Source: Gemmatimonadota bacterium
Lineage (GTDB): Bacteria > Gemmatimonadota > Gemmatimonadetes > Palauibacterales > KS3-K002
Direction of reading: 5' to 3'
Assembly: GCA_039588015.1 (NCBI GenBank)
Contig: JBDHAS010000023.1
Location: 6,868 to 70,867, forward strand
Length of the DNA stretch: 64,000 nt
Shown here: piece by piece, positions 63,272 to 64,000 of the stretch
Position numbering within the stretch: the first letter of the stretch is position 1
How the letters are laid out: the number at the start of each line of letters is the position of its first letter
Notes under the pieces: generated by a model
Database searches by the model: none
What the model was told of the DNA's origin: nothing
What the model saw: only the letters and a program-made list of their open reading frames with translations
Position numbers and translations under genes: made by a program

Positions 63272-64000
63272 GATGGTTGATCCGCTCAGCTTGCTCGAAC
63301 GAACCGACAAGTACTATCTCGGGTCCGGGACCGGCCTGCTGTTCGCCCCGCGTTTCCCCTGCTGGCTCGAGTGGCCCGGCTTTTGGGACGAAGTAGACGT
63401 CTACAACTACCAGCTCGCCCCGCTCTTCACAGTCGCGTTCCTCGAGCTTGCCTCGGGCAAGGCCGGGCCTTCGTTACCATTGCGCCAGCGCGAGCGGCTG
63501 TGGTCGCCGGCCGAGCTCGTCTGCCAGTACGACTTGGGGCGGAATATCCGGGCGCGCGAGCATCGGTCGGTCGTGCCCGGCGGTTGGTACCTCTCGGAGT
63601 GGCTGTTAGAGAATCCGGGAGAGGAGGATCTCGAGTTGGCGGCCGTCGCCTGGTCCGCGCAGGAGACGGCGGAGCTCGATCTGAGTTCGGTCCAGGCTGG
63701 TGCCGGAACGGTTAGCTGGCAGCGGAGACTGATCGATCGGTGTGGAGAGCATCTGGAGGTGGAGGTTTCGCTCGAGGCGCCGGATGAGCCGATCGCTGGC
63801 TCAGCGCTTCTGTCGGAGCGGTCCGCGCTCCAGCCGCGCTGGGAGTTCTCGCCGTTCCCAGAGAGGTGGCATCGCGGATTCGGGGATCCGATCCAGCCGA
63901 GCGGCATCAGCAGCAGCGGACTGTTGTACGCTGCTGCGGCGTCTCGGTTGGTCGTTCGTGCCGGAGGTATGGGGCGCGTCACGTTGCAAGCGCGAGTCGC
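63272..64000 (+). CDS. Hypothetical protein, N-terminal 243 codons (open to the window end). Possibly the N-terminal beta-sandwich of a glycoside hydrolase, which is speculative.
   Basis: From the ATG at 63272 the frame stays open through 64000, verified codon by codon. Third positions are strongly GC-biased. It is absent from the ORF track because it has no stop. It is divergent from galK. Confidence 0.55.

Noticed and set aside
1-64000. CRISPR arrays, prophage or transposon boundaries, tRNA/rRNA genes
   Set aside because: I found no repeat-spacer periodicity. The only tandem repeats are the 7-mer x4, the 12-mer x2 and the triplet repeat listed above. I also found no integrase, transposase or phage structural motifs in any long ORF, and no cloverleaf-compatible GTTCGAATC-type T-arm outside coding sequence.

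Overview
GC-rich (about 60-65% by eye), densely coding bacterial chromosomal segment with roughly 55 genes. I recognised no rRNA, tRNA, CRISPR array, transposase or integrase. Most of the window is housekeeping or scavenging. There is a peptide-catabolism set (M2-like, M20, S46, M14 and S9 peptidases plus an OPT oligopeptide transporter). There is a PIG-L deacetylase coupled to an Fe(III)-type ABC importer, and an NAD-type formate dehydrogenase (FdsGB fusion plus FdsA) next to an NhaP antiporter. Also present are two tandem Hsp20 genes, an ECF sigma/anti-sigma/YbjQ unit, Pfk, RidA, YggX, TrmJ-like, DCC/FxsA/DoxX/KynB, and a YitJ-type homocysteine methyltransferase-MTHFR fusion. The standout is at 57354-61844 on the minus strand. 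An EgtD-type histidine N-methyltransferase sits 3 nt upstream of a single 1141-codon gene that fuses an acetylene-hydratase-like molybdo/tungstopterin oxidoreductase module to a complete NifS/IscS-type cysteine desulfurase. This is the architecture I recall for the rare metallopterin-dependent ergothioneine synthase (MES) route, with no EgtB/C/E or EanB in the window. Secondary points: a one-nucleotide frame break in fdsA; a structured AT-rich intercistronic element between fdsB and fdsA; a terminator-containing leader (riboswitch/attenuator candidate) upstream of the YitJ-like gene; a disrupted ICMT-family gene beside a truncated FISUMP fragment; a stand-alone bacterial eRF1-like (baeRF) protein; a CxxCH-bearing predicted outer-membrane barrel; an orphan TupA-like tungstate-binding protein; and several hypothetical membrane or secreted proteins. 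All family calls come from motif recognition by eye. Start codons are often ambiguous and no database search was run.
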